DNA from: Solirubrobacteraceae bacterium
Lineage (GTDB): Bacteria; Actinomycetota; Thermoleophilia; Solirubrobacterales; Solirubrobacteraceae
NCBI GenBank assembly: GCA_036392135.1
Contig: DASVYO010000088.1
Coordinates: 13,131 to 77,130, forward strand
DNA length: 64,000 nt
Reading direction: 5' to 3'
Position numbers and translations under genes: made by a program. Each line of letters opens with the position of its first letter. Within the stretch, counting starts at the first letter, position 1. Below, piece after piece: positions 9,978 to 18,938 of the stretch. The notes beneath the pieces were generated by a model. The model worked only from the letters and a program-made list of their open reading frames with translations, was not told the origin of the DNA and made no database searches.

Positions 9978-10010
9978 GGCGGCCATCCTACGCCGTTACC
10001 CTGGACCGCC

Positions 10011-11321
10011 ATGACTGACCACCAGCTCCAGGAGGAGGCGATCCGGGTCCTGCAGGACCTGGTCCGCTTCAACACCGTCAATCCGCCCGGCAACGAGCGG
10101 GCGGCGATCGAATACCTCGAGGCCTACACCCGCCAGGCCGGCTTCGAGACCCAGATCCTGGGTGCCTCTCCGGAGCGGCCCAACCTGGTCGCGGACCTGA
10201 CGGGCGCCGCGCCGGGGCCCATCCTGTGCTTCCTCGGCCACGTCGACACGGTGCTGGCCGACGCCTCGGAATGGCGCCATGACCCCTGGTCCGGAGACGT
10301 CGAGGACGGCCAGCTCTGGGGCCGCGGCGCGCTCGACATGAAATCCCAGGTCGCGGCCGAGGCGGTGGCCGCCGTGAGTCTGGCCCGCCGGGGCTGGCGC
10401 CCGGCGCGGGGCACGCTGAAGCTCGTGTTCGTGGCCGACGAGGAGACCGGCGGCGAGATCGGCGCCCACTGGCTGTGCCGGGAGCATCCCGAGACAGTCC
10501 GCTGCGACATGCTCATCAACGAGGGGGGCGGCGAGTCCTTCCGGTACGGCGGCACCCGCTACTACGGCGTCTGCTGTGCCGAGAAGGGAATCTTCCGCTT
10601 CAACGTCGTCGCGCACGGCGCCGCCGGGCACGCGTCGTTGCCCCGGACCGGAGACAACGCGCTCCTGAAGCTGGCCCCGGTGCTGGCCGCGCTGGCCGCT
10701 CCGCCCGACGGCTATGCCGTCACCGAGGCGCCGGCCGCCCTCCTGCGCGGGCTCGGCGAGGACCCCGAGGATCCCGGCGCCGCGCTGGAGCGCCTGGCCG
10801 CCACCGATCCGGGGCTGAGGACGCTGATCGAGCCGATGTTCGGGGTCACGCTCACGCCGACCATGTCGAGCGCTTCGAGCAAGATCAACGTGATCCCCTC
10901 GCGGGCTCAGGTCCGGGTCGATTGCCGCGTCCCGCCGGGCCTCGGCGAGGCGGCCGCCCGGGCGCGGATCGAGCAGGTCCTGGGACCCGAGACCGACGAG
11001 CTCAGCATCGAGTTCACCGAGCGGGTGATCGGAAACCAGTCCCCGGCCCAGAGCGAGCTGATGGAGGCGATCACGGCCTGGGTCAGGCGCAATGACCCCG
11101 AGGCCGCCACCGTCCCGGTGATCCTGCCCGGGTTCTCGGACTCGCGCTGGTTCCGGGACGCGTTTCCCGACTGCGTGGCCTACGGGTTCTTCCCCCAGCG
11201 CCACCAGGGCCTACTCGAGGCCGCGCCGCTGGTGCACAACGCCGACGAGCGGATCGACGTGCGCGACCTCGGCTTCGCGGCCACGTTCTTCCGCGACATC
11301 GCCACCGACCTGCTGGGCTGA
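10011..11321 (+). CDS. M20/M25/M40 family metallo-hydrolase
   Basis: GHVDTV, GRGALDMKS, ADEETGG, NEGGG, GFSDSRWF, VHNADER; true start at ATG 10011 inside the long 7773 ORF. Confidence 0.9.
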   Translation: MTDHQLQEEAIRVLQDLVRFNTVNPPGNERAAIEYLEAYTRQAGFETQILGASPERPNLVADLTGAAPGPILCFLGHVDTVLADASEWRHDPWSGDVEDGQLWGRGALDMKSQVAAEAVAAVSLARRGWRPARGTLKLVFVADEETGGEIGAHWLCREHPETVRCDMLINEGGGESFRYGGTRYYGVCCAEKGIFRFNVVAHGAAGHASLPRTGDNALLKLAPVLAALAAPPDGYAVTEAPAALLRGLGEDPEDPGAALERLAATDPGLRTLIEPMFGVTLTPTMSSASSKINVIPSRAQVRVDCRVPPGLGEAAARARIEQVLGPETDELSIEFTERVIGNQSPAQSELMEAITAWVRRNDPEAATVPVILPGFSDSRWFRDAFPDCVAYGFFPQRHQGLLEAAPLVHNADERIDVRDLGFAATFFRDIATDLLG

Positions 11322-12548
11322 GGGCCGTCCGCTCAGCTCCCGGGTCGAGCGGGGCAGCAGGGCCAGGCTCAGCATCAGCAGCGAGAACACGGCCCCCGCG
11401 GCCAGCACCGGACGCGCGCCGAACGCCTCGGCGAGCGGGCCGGCGACGGCGAAGCCCAGCGGCAGCAGGGCCAGCGATCCCATCCAGTCATAGGCGCTGA
11501 CCCGCGACAGGACGCGCGGCGGGATGTGGTGAGCCAGAGCGGTCTCCCACCAGATCCCGAACAGCGAGAAGCCGAAGCCGCCCGCGAGCGCAGCGGCCAC
11601 CACCACGCCGAGCGGGGCCGCCAGCGCGAACAGGATGCTCTGTGTGATCCAGCCGAAGCCCAGCATCAGGCCGACGGCCAGCGGACGGCGCGGGCGCCAG
11701 CGCAGGGCGGTCAGCGCGCCGATCACCGCGCCCACCCCGGCCACGCTCTCGAGCACCCCGAACACGCTGGCCCGGCCGTACACCGACCGCGCGATCGACG
11801 GGGCCAGCGAGTACCACTGCGCATAGCCGGTCAGCATGATCCCGGTGAAGGCGGCGATCGTCACCCACACCCAGGGCCGGGACCGCACCTCGCCCCAGCC
11901 CTCGCGCAGCGATCGCAGGGTGGACAGCGGGGCCTCCGTCCCGCTGACCGCGCCCCGCTGGCGCGGGGAGACCCGGGTCAGGAGCAGCGCGCTGAGCAGG
12001 AAGCTGGCCGCATCCAGGGCGAAGGCCGCCCCCGCGCCCACCCCCACGATCAGGACCGTGCCGAGGGCGGGGCCGACAACGATGGCCAGATTGGCCGTCG
12101 ACTGGGTGAGGGCGCGCGCCTCCTGGATCTCAGCCTCCGGAATGGTCTCGGGCAGCAGACCCGAATAGGCGGGCTGGAAGAAGGCGCGGGCGGCCCCGAA
12201 CGCCATCTCGATCAGGACCATCGCCGGCACCGAGGCGCCGCCGCTGAGGATCAGCAGGGCCAGGCCGCCGTGCAGCCCCGCGCGGGCCAGGTCGGAGCCG
12301 AGCATGATGCGCCGCCGTCCCTGTCCGCCGCGGCGGTCGGCCCACACCCCGCCGAACAACAGCAGCGCCACCATCGGCAGGGACTGGGCGGCCAGGATGA
12401 AGCCGAGATCGGTGGCGGACCCGGTGCGCTGCGTTACGTACAGGGCCAGCGCGACGATCACCACCTGGTCGCCGACCGCGCTCGCCGACTGGCCCAGGAA
12501 CAGGAACCGAAAATCCAGGTGGCGCAGGACGCGCAGGTTGAGGCGCAT
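11211..12548 (-). CDS. MFS transporter (DHA3/H+ antiporter-like)
   Basis: FRFLFLGQSASAVGD, GGVWADR..RRRIML, AFFQPAYSGLLP, 12 TM pattern. The C-terminal tail overlaps the convergent M20 gene. Confidence 0.88.
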   Translation of the reverse strand: MRLNLRVLRHLDFRFLFLGQSASAVGDQVVIVALALYVTQRTGSATDLGFILAAQSLPMVALLLFGGVWADRRGGQGRRRIMLGSDLARAGLHGGLALLILSGGASVPAMVLIEMAFGAARAFFQPAYSGLLPETIPEAEIQEARALTQSTANLAIVVGPALGTVLIVGVGAGAAFALDAASFLLSALLLTRVSPRQRGAVSGTEAPLSTLRSLREGWGEVRSRPWVWVTIAAFTGIMLTGYAQWYSLAPSIARSVYGRASVFGVLESVAGVGAVIGALTALRWRPRRPLAVGLMLGFGWITQSILFALAAPLGVVVAAALAGGFGFSLFGIWWETALAHHIPPRVLSRVSAYDWMGSLALLPLGFAVAGPLAEAFGARPVLAAGAVFSLLMLSLALLPRSTRELSGRPSAQQVGGDVAEERGREAEVAHVDPLVGVVHQRRGLE

Positions 12549-12574
12549 CCGCAGAGCATGGCGCGAGCGCTCAT

Positions 12575-12580
12575 TAGACT
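12575..12580 (+). promoter_or_regulatory. -10 element (TAGACT), leaderless promoter
   Basis: TAGACT is 6 nt upstream of ATG 12587. Confidence 0.6.
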
Positions 12581-12586
12581 CACCCC

Positions 12587-13678
12587 ATGCCGACCGAGGT
12601 GTCACCGCGGCTCGACCCCGACATCTTCCGCCTGCCGGTCAAGCGGATCCGGGCCGGCTACTACTCCGACGCGTACTTCGTCTACACGAAGGAGCTGCTC
12701 GAGGCCGAGGATGAGCACCCGCACGTGACCATGCAGGTGTTCCAGAAGGAGGCCTCGATCCTGGGCGGCATCGATGAGGCGATCGCGGTCCTGAAGAGCT
12801 GTGCCGGGCGGACGGTGGACGGGGAATTCGTCTCCGGCTGGGATCAGCTCGTGGTCCACGCCCTGCACGAGGGTGACCGCATCGCCCCGCGCGAGACGGT
12901 GATGACGATCGAGGGCGACTACAGCCTGTTCGCCCACCTGGAGACGGTGTACCTGGGCAGCCTCGCCCGTCGCTCGCTGATCATGCGCAACGTCAACGAG
13001 GTGGTCCAGGCCGCCAACGGCAAGCAGGTGCTGTTCTTCCCCGCCCGCCATGATCACTGGCTGGTCCAGACCGGGGACGGCTGGGCCGCGCACGTGGCCG
13101 GTGCGATCGGCGTCTCCACCGATGCGCAGGCCTCCTGGTGGGGGGGTCGCGGCATCGGCACCGTGCCCCACGGCCTGATCGCGGCCTACGGCGGCGACAC
13201 CGTCAAGGCGGCGGCTAAGTTCGCCGACCGCTACCACGACGAGATGAACATCACCGTCCTGGTCGACTTCGAGAACAACTCGGTCAAGACGGCGCTCGAG
13301 GTGGCGGCCGCGCTCGGCCCGCGCCTGTGGGGCGTGCGCCTGGACACCTCCGAGCATCTCGTCGACCGCTCCCTGTGGGGCGAGATGGGCGGCTTCAAGC
13401 CGACCGGCGTCAACCCCCGCCTGGTCGAGAAGGTCCGGGGCGCGCTTGACGGAGCCGGCTTCCCGGACGTGCGGATCGTCGTCTCGGGCGGCTTCAACGC
13501 GGCCCGCATCCGGGAGTTCGAGGACGCCGCGGTGGCCGTCGACGCCTACGGGGTGGGGTCCTCCCTGCTGCGCGGCGAGAACGACTTCACGGCCGACGTC
13601 GTCCTGCTCGAGGGACAGTCGTGCGCCAAGGTGGGGCGGCGTTATGCGCCCAATCCACGTCTCACCAGGGTGCAGTGA
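12587..13678 (+). CDS. Nicotinate phosphoribosyltransferase-like (NAPRTase/QPRTase family)
   Basis: GYYSDAYF, ETVYLGSL, GTVPH (autophosphorylated His position), VLVDF, GVRLDTS, IVVSGGF, YGVGS, FTADVV. Confidence 0.85.
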   Translation: MPTEVSPRLDPDIFRLPVKRIRAGYYSDAYFVYTKELLEAEDEHPHVTMQVFQKEASILGGIDEAIAVLKSCAGRTVDGEFVSGWDQLVVHALHEGDRIAPRETVMTIEGDYSLFAHLETVYLGSLARRSLIMRNVNEVVQAANGKQVLFFPARHDHWLVQTGDGWAAHVAGAIGVSTDAQASWWGGRGIGTVPHGLIAAYGGDTVKAAAKFADRYHDEMNITVLVDFENNSVKTALEVAAALGPRLWGVRLDTSEHLVDRSLWGEMGGFKPTGVNPRLVEKVRGALDGAGFPDVRIVVSGGFNAARIREFEDAAVAVDAYGVGSSLLRGENDFTADVVLLEGQSCAKVGRRYAPNPRLTRVQ

Positions 13679-13708
13679 TGCCCGCCAGCCCCCGCTGAGC
13701 CCTGTCCG

Positions 13709-15301
13709 ATGCTGAGCGCCACCCTGATCACCGCCAACGCCGTCGTCCCGGCACCCAACCATCCGGTGATCATCTCCACGGGCGGCTTCGATCTCGTCGC
13801 CTTCCTCCAGCAGTGGCTGCCGCTCGTGTTCATGGCCATCCTGGTCGGAGCCGTGGTCGCGCTGGTGCGGTCCATGCCCCGCACGCGCCCGGAGCAGATC
13901 CGCCCCGAGTCGAGCCCGCAGATCGGCTGGTCGGAGATCGCCGGCGCCGATGAGGCCAAGGCGGAGCTGCGCGAGGTCGTCGACTACCTCCGCGATCCGC
14001 GGCGCTTCAAGCACCTCGGCGCCCACGTCCCCAAGGGCATCCTGCTCTACGGACCTCCCGGCACCGGTAAGACGCTGCTGGCCAAGGCGGTCGCGCACGA
14101 GTCCGGGGCCGAGTTCTTCTCCCAGTCGGCCGCCTCGTTCGTGGAGATGTTCGTCGGGGTGGGCGCGGCCCGCATCCGCCGCCTGTTCCGTGCGGCGCGG
14201 AAGCATTCCCCGGCGATCGTGTTCATCGACGAGCTCGACGCCGTCGGCGGCGCTCGCGGCGGCCACAGCACCGAGCATGACCAGACCCTGAACCAGCTGC
14301 TGGTCGAGATGGACGGTTTCACCGCCAGCGGCGACGTGGTCGTGATCGCCGCCTCCAACCTGCTCGAGAAGCTCGACCGGGCCCTGCTGCGCCCGGGGCG
14401 CTTCGACCGCCAGATCTTCGTGTCCCCGCCCGACGTGGCCGGTCGCGAGGCGATTCTCCGGGTCCACTCGCGGGACAAGCCGGTGGCGGCCGAGGTCGAC
14501 TACACGCTGCTCGCCCGCCAGACCTCGGGGCTGACCGGCGCCGACCTGGCCAACATCTGCAACGAGGCGGCGATCAACGCCGCCCGGCGCTTCTCGGACA
14601 CGATCGAGACCGGCGACTTCGACCACGCGCTGGAGCGGGTCCTGGCCGGCATGCAGTCGCGTCGGACGCTGACCGATCACGAGCGTCGCGTGGTCGCCTA
14701 TCACGAGGCCGGGCACGCGCTGATCGGCGAGCTTCTCCCGTCTGTCGACCCGGTTCACCGGATCTCGATCGTGCCCCGCGGCCAGGCGCTCGGCTACACG
14801 CTGAACCTGCCCGCCGAGGACCGCTACCTGAAGACGCGGGAGGAGCTGATCGACTTCATGACCATGGTGCTCGGCGGCCGCGCGGCTGAGGAGCTCGTGT
14901 TCGGCTCGATCACCACCGGCGCCGCCGACGACCTGCGCCGGGTCACCGAGGTCGCCCACGCGATGGTCCACGAGTACGCGATGGGCACCGGCTTCACCTC
15001 GCTCCGGCTGCCCGCGGACGGCGTCTCGGACGCCACCCGCCAGCAGACCGACCGCGAGGTGCTCGAGCTGGCCGACGAGGCGATGCGGGCGGCCAGCACA
15101 ATCCTGGACGAGCATCGCCCGCAGCTCGACGCGCTCGCCGCCACACTCCTGAGCAACGAGGTCATGGAGCGCAGCGACATCGACCGGGTGCTGAAGGGCG
15201 TGCGCAGCGCCCGGCCGGCCCGGGGGGCCAGCACGCGCATGGGACTCGCGGCCGCCACGGCGGTCAATCCCGCCCGGCCCACCGGGCAGCCGGGCGCCTG
15301 A
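13709..15301 (+). CDS. FtsH-family ATP-dependent zinc metalloprotease (short N-terminus)
   Basis: GPPGTGKT, FIDELDAVG, LLRPGRFDR, HEAGH zinc motif, TGAADD third ligand; one clear TM segment. Start uncertain. Confidence 0.9.
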   Translation: MLSATLITANAVVPAPNHPVIISTGGFDLVAFLQQWLPLVFMAILVGAVVALVRSMPRTRPEQIRPESSPQIGWSEIAGADEAKAELREVVDYLRDPRRFKHLGAHVPKGILLYGPPGTGKTLLAKAVAHESGAEFFSQSAASFVEMFVGVGAARIRRLFRAARKHSPAIVFIDELDAVGGARGGHSTEHDQTLNQLLVEMDGFTASGDVVVIAASNLLEKLDRALLRPGRFDRQIFVSPPDVAGREAILRVHSRDKPVAAEVDYTLLARQTSGLTGADLANICNEAAINAARRFSDTIETGDFDHALERVLAGMQSRRTLTDHERRVVAYHEAGHALIGELLPSVDPVHRISIVPRGQALGYTLNLPAEDRYLKTREELIDFMTMVLGGRAAEELVFGSITTGAADDLRRVTEVAHAMVHEYAMGTGFTSLRLPADGVSDATRQQTDREVLELADEAMRAASTILDEHRPQLDALAATLLSNEVMERSDIDRVLKGVRSARPARGASTRMGLAAATAVNPARPTGQPGA

Positions 15302-15353
15302 GCGGCGGCGGGCCCGCGCCCGGCCGTGGACGGCCGGTATCCTCCCCGGCCCG

Positions 15354-15764
15354 ATGCTGTCCGCGATCGACCATGTCGGCGTTGCCGTCACAAGCATCGA
15401 CGACGCCCTGGCCCTCTACCGGGACGCGCTCGGTATGCCGCTCGTGCATCGGGAGACGGTCACCGAGCAGGGGGTCGATGCGGCCCTGCTCGACGTCGGG
15501 GACGGCCACATCGAGCTGCTGCAGCCGCTCGGGCCCGACACCGCGGTGGGCAAGTTCCTGGCTCGCCGGGGGGCCGGCCTGCATCACGTGGCCTACCGGG
15601 TGAGCTCGATCGAGGACGCACTGGCCGCGGCTCGGGAGGCCGGCCTGCGACTGATTGACGAGCAGCCCCGGACCGGCATCCGCGGCTCCCGGGTCGCCTT
15701 CCTGCATCCCGCCTCCACGGGCGGGGTGCTGACCGAAATCGTCCAGCCAGCGGAAGGACACTGA
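15354..15764 (+). CDS. mce: Methylmalonyl-CoA epimerase
   Basis: IDHVGVAV, HIELLQP, KFLARRGAGLHHVAY, FLHPASTGGVLTEIVQ. Confidence 0.9.
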   Translation: MLSAIDHVGVAVTSIDDALALYRDALGMPLVHRETVTEQGVDAALLDVGDGHIELLQPLGPDTAVGKFLARRGAGLHHVAYRVSSIEDALAAAREAGLRLIDEQPRTGIRGSRVAFLHPASTGGVLTEIVQPAEGH

Positions 15765-15765
15765 G

Positions 15766-15984
15766 ATGGCCGATAGGCCCCAGAAGATCAACATCGGATT
15801 TCTCGGCGGACCGGTGCTCAGCGCCCGCGTGGCCCCCGCCGAGCTGAGCTCGCTGCGCCAGGCTCTGGGCGAGAACCGCTGGCACGAACTGAACGCGGAG
15901 GACGGGACGATCGCGCTCGACCTGGCCAAGGTCGTCTACGTGCTGATCGACACCGAGGGCCACCGGGTCGGGTTCGGCACCTGA
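15766..15984 (+). CDS. Small hypothetical protein (72 aa)
   Basis: AAGGA RBS upstream, strong GC3 codon bias, tightly packed between mce and the GATase. Confidence 0.7.
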   Translation: MADRPQKINIGFLGGPVLSARVAPAELSSLRQALGENRWHELNAEDGTIALDLAKVVYVLIDTEGHRVGFGT

Positions 15985-16643
15985 GCCCGGTCGCCCCCGG
16001 GCTGGTCCTGCAGCACGAGCCGCAGGGACCGGCGGCTCGCCTGGCCGAATGGCTGGACGCCCGGGGCATCGAGTACCGGCTGCACCGCGCCTGGGAGGGA
16101 CCGGCGCCGGCCGACGCGCGCGCGTTCGCGTTCCTGGCCTCGCTCGGGGCCGCCCAGTCGGTCAACGACCCCGGCCCGGCCTGGATCGGCGCCGAGCTCG
16201 AGTTGCTGCGCAGTGCGCTGCGGGCCGAGGTGCCGGTCCTCGGCCTGTGCTGGGGCGGCCAGGCGCTGGCGGTGGCCATGGGCGGCCGGGTGGCCCCGGC
16301 CCCGGCGCCCGAGATCGGCTGGCTGAGCGTGCCCAGCACCGACCCGGACCTGCCCGAGGGACCGTGGCTTCACTACCACTATGAGGCCTTCACGGTTCCG
16401 CCCGGCGCCACCGAGCTGGCCCGCAGCCCGGCCGGGGCATCGGCGTTCCGCGCCGGGCGCCACCTCGGCCTGCAGTTCCACCCCGAGGCCACGGCCGCGA
16501 TGGGCGCGAGCTGGGGCCGTGCCGACCCCAACCAGCCGGCGGCCGCCGTGCGCGCCCTGGCCCGCGAGGGCGCCCGCTGCGAGGGCCCAGCCCGCCCGCA
16601 GGCCTTCGCCCTGTTCGACGCCTGGTACGCCCGGGCGGTCTAG
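15981..16643 (+). CDS. Class I glutamine amidotransferase-like protein
   Basis: In-frame translation upstream of the listed 16203 ORF gives LVLQHE...LASLG...; catalytic LGLCWGGQ and QFHPE. Probable start is CTG 15981. Confidence 0.8.
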   Translation: MSPVAPGLVLQHEPQGPAARLAEWLDARGIEYRLHRAWEGPAPADARAFAFLASLGAAQSVNDPGPAWIGAELELLRSALRAEVPVLGLCWGGQALAVAMGGRVAPAPAPEIGWLSVPSTDPDLPEGPWLHYHYEAFTVPPGATELARSPAGASAFRAGRHLGLQFHPEATAAMGASWGRADPNQPAAAVRALAREGARCEGPARPQAFALFDAWYARAV

Positions 16644-17296
16644 ACGATCCGGTTGCGGAGCACGCCGATGCCCTCGATCTCGAGCTCGATCTCGTCACCG
16701 GGCGCCAGCCAGCGGCCGTCCCCGTGCTCGAGGATGCAGCCGCGCCCGACCGTGCCCGAGCCGATCACCTCGCCGGCCACCAGTCCCGGCGTGTTGCGGG
16801 CGGCGGTCTCGATCAGCTGCTCCCAGCTGTAGTGCATCCCGCCGGTGCGCGAATCGGTCCTGACCTCGCCGTTGACCCGGGCGATGGCCCGCATGTCGAG
16901 ATCGCCCGGCAGCTCATCGGGCGACACCAGCACCGGCCCGAGCGCGGTGGCGAAGTCCTTGCCCTTGGCGGGCCCGAGCCCGACCGACATCTCGCGTGCC
17001 TGCAGGTCGCGGGCCGAGAAGTCGTTCATGATCGTGAAGCCCTCCGGCCGCCCGTCGGCGCCCATCACGCAGGCCAGCTCGAGCTCGTAGTCGAGCGCCG
17101 CGGTGTCCGCGGGCTTGGGGATGTCCTCCCCGTCGCGGTACACGGCGCCCGGGTTGGTGAAGTAGAAGACCGGGATCTCGTACCAGGCCGGCGGAACCTC
17201 CTGGCCGCGGTTGCGCCGGGCGTTCTCGATGTGCTCCCGGAAGGCCATGAAGTCACGGATCGAGGGCGGTCGCCCGTCCGGGTAGGCGCGTCTCAT
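16640..17296 (-). CDS. Fumarylacetoacetate hydrolase family protein
   Basis: PVFYFTNP, LDYELELA, MNDFSARDLQ, KGKDFAT, GSGT; clustered with hppD/hmgA. Confidence 0.88.
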   Translation of the reverse strand: MRRAYPDGRPPSIRDFMAFREHIENARRNRGQEVPPAWYEIPVFYFTNPGAVYRDGEDIPKPADTAALDYELELACVMGADGRPEGFTIMNDFSARDLQAREMSVGLGPAKGKDFATALGPVLVSPDELPGDLDMRAIARVNGEVRTDSRTGGMHYSWEQLIETAARNTPGLVAGEVIGSGTVGRGCILEHGDGRWLAPGDEIELEIEGIGVLRNRIV

Positions 17297-17721
17297 CGCT
17301 GGAACAGCGTAGACAGAACGACCTCGGTCACGGTCCGGGTGACCCCGTCCGTGGCGCGGATCCGCTCCAGGGCCAGCTCGAGGCCCTTGGTGTCCTCGGC
17401 CATCACGTGCAGGAGCGCGCTGGCCTCACCGGCGACCGTGTGGGCGGAGATGACGCCCGGCTCGCGCTCGACCGCCGCCTTGATCGCCCCGGCCGCCATG
17501 TTGCCCTCGCAGTAGAGGTCGACGAACGCCTCGGCGTGCCAGCCGTAGGCCTTCGGGTCGACGATCGCCGCGTAGCCGAGCAGCACCCCCTCGCGCTCGA
17601 GCCGATCCACCCGGCGCTTGACCGCCGGCGCGCTCAGATGCACATGCTGGCCGATGTCCTGGAACGAGCGCCGCGCGTTCTCACGCAGCAGCGCAACGAT
17701 TGTTCGATCGGTGGTGTCCAT
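17293..17721 (-). CDS. Lrp/AsnC family transcriptional regulator
   Basis: D..I...L..NAR.SF..IG..V.LSAPAVKRRV..LE..G HTH plus AsnC ligand domain; divergent from hppD. Confidence 0.92.
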   Translation of the reverse strand: MDTTDRTIVALLRENARRSFQDIGQHVHLSAPAVKRRVDRLEREGVLLGYAAIVDPKAYGWHAEAFVDLYCEGNMAAGAIKAAVEREPGVISAHTVAGEASALLHVMAEDTKGLELALERIRATDGVTRTVTEVVLSTLFQR

Positions 17722-17732
17722 GGCTGGGTCAC

Positions 17733-17748
17733 TGCGTAATGGTACGCA
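17733..17748. promoter_or_regulatory. Palindrome TGCGTA-N4-TACGCA, candidate operator in the lrp/hppD divergent gap
   Basis: 6-bp perfect inverted arms in a 73-bp divergent intergenic region. Confidence 0.45.
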
Positions 17749-17794
17749 ACGTTTCGCTCTTGAGATGGGGCTTGCAGGCTCGGATCATTGCCCG

Positions 17795-18922
17795 GTGACC
17801 ACTACCGCCACCCAGATCCCCCACGCCACCACCCCCGACGTGATGCCGGTCCACGGCATCGACCACCTCGAGTTCTACGTCGGGAACGCCGCCCAGGCGG
17901 CCTACTTCTACACGCGCGCCTACGGATTCACCGAGACGGCCTACCGCGGCCTCGAGACCGGCTCCCGGGACCGCGTCTCGCGCGTGCTCGAACAGGGACG
18001 CATCCGGCTCGTGCTGACCGGCACCCTCACCGGTGAGGACGAGATCGCCGAGCATCACCGCCGCCACGGCGACGGCGTCATCTCGATCGCGCTCAGCGTG
18101 CCCGATGCCGCCGCGGCCTACGAGTACGCCGTACGGGGCGGCGCCCGCGGCCTCCGCACCCCGTACGAGGAATCCGATGAGCACGGCACCGTCCGCCTGG
18201 CCTCGGTGGCCACCTACGGCCAGACCCGCCACGTGTTCGTCGAGCGGGCCGAGTACCACGGGGCCTTCCTGCCCGGCTACGAGGCCCGCGGAACCGCCGA
18301 TCGCAGTGGCGAGAGCCTGCTGGTGGGGATCGATCACGTGGTCGGCAACGTCGAGCTCGGCCACATGGAGGAGTGGGTCCACTACTACGAGCGCGTGTTC
18401 GGCATGACCGAGCTGATCCACTTCTCCGACGAGGCCATCTCGACCGAGTACTCGGCGCTCATGTCCAAGGTGGTCACCGACGGCTCGGGGCGGATCAAGT
18501 TCCCCATCAACGAGCCCGCTCAGGGCAAGCGCAAGTCGCAGATCGAGGAGTACCTCGACTTCTACCGGGGCGCCGGCGTCCAGCACATCGCTCTCTCCAC
18601 GACCGACATCGTGGCCACCGTGGCCGAGCTCGGCGCGCGTGGCGTCGAGTTCCTGCCCATCCCCGAGTCCTACTACGCCGATGTCCCGGAGCGGATCGGC
18701 GAGATCAAGGAGGACGTGGCCGATCTGCAGCGGCTCGGCATCCTCGTCGACCGCGACGAGGAGGGCTACCTGCTGCAGATCTTCACCAAGGCCGTCGGCG
18801 ACCGGCCCACGGTGTTCTTCGAGGTGATCGAGCGCCACGGTGCGCGCGGGTTCGGTGAGGGCAACTTCAAGGCCCTGTTCGAGGCCCTCGAACGCGAGCA
18901 GGACAAGCGAGGCAACCTCTAG
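17795..18922 (+). CDS. hppD: 4-hydroxyphenylpyruvate dioxygenase
   Basis: GIDHLEFYV, IDHVVGN, SALMSKV, FPINEP, SQIEEY, GVQHIA, LLQIFT, FFEVIER.GARGFGEGNFKALF. Confidence 0.96.
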   Translation: MTTTATQIPHATTPDVMPVHGIDHLEFYVGNAAQAAYFYTRAYGFTETAYRGLETGSRDRVSRVLEQGRIRLVLTGTLTGEDEIAEHHRRHGDGVISIALSVPDAAAAYEYAVRGGARGLRTPYEESDEHGTVRLASVATYGQTRHVFVERAEYHGAFLPGYEARGTADRSGESLLVGIDHVVGNVELGHMEEWVHYYERVFGMTELIHFSDEAISTEYSALMSKVVTDGSGRIKFPINEPAQGKRKSQIEEYLDFYRGAGVQHIALSTTDIVATVAELGARGVEFLPIPESYYADVPERIGEIKEDVADLQRLGILVDRDEEGYLLQIFTKAVGDRPTVFFEVIERHGARGFGEGNFKALFEALEREQDKRGNL

Positions 18923-18938
18923 GCGCAGGAGCGACCCG

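Noticed and set aside
7773-10010. 1182-aa ORF as a giant fusion with the M20 peptidase
   Set aside because: The upstream part is the antisense shadow of rarA and hisN. Peptidase motifs start at ATG 10011, which has its own -10 element.
12602-15397. Long antisense ORFs (12602-15397, also 5517-7433, 23460-25196, 32404-34368, 34510-36069, 44191-45774)
   Set aside because: They lie opposite well-supported genes, have no recognisable motifs, and are the expected shadow ORFs of high-GC coding DNA.
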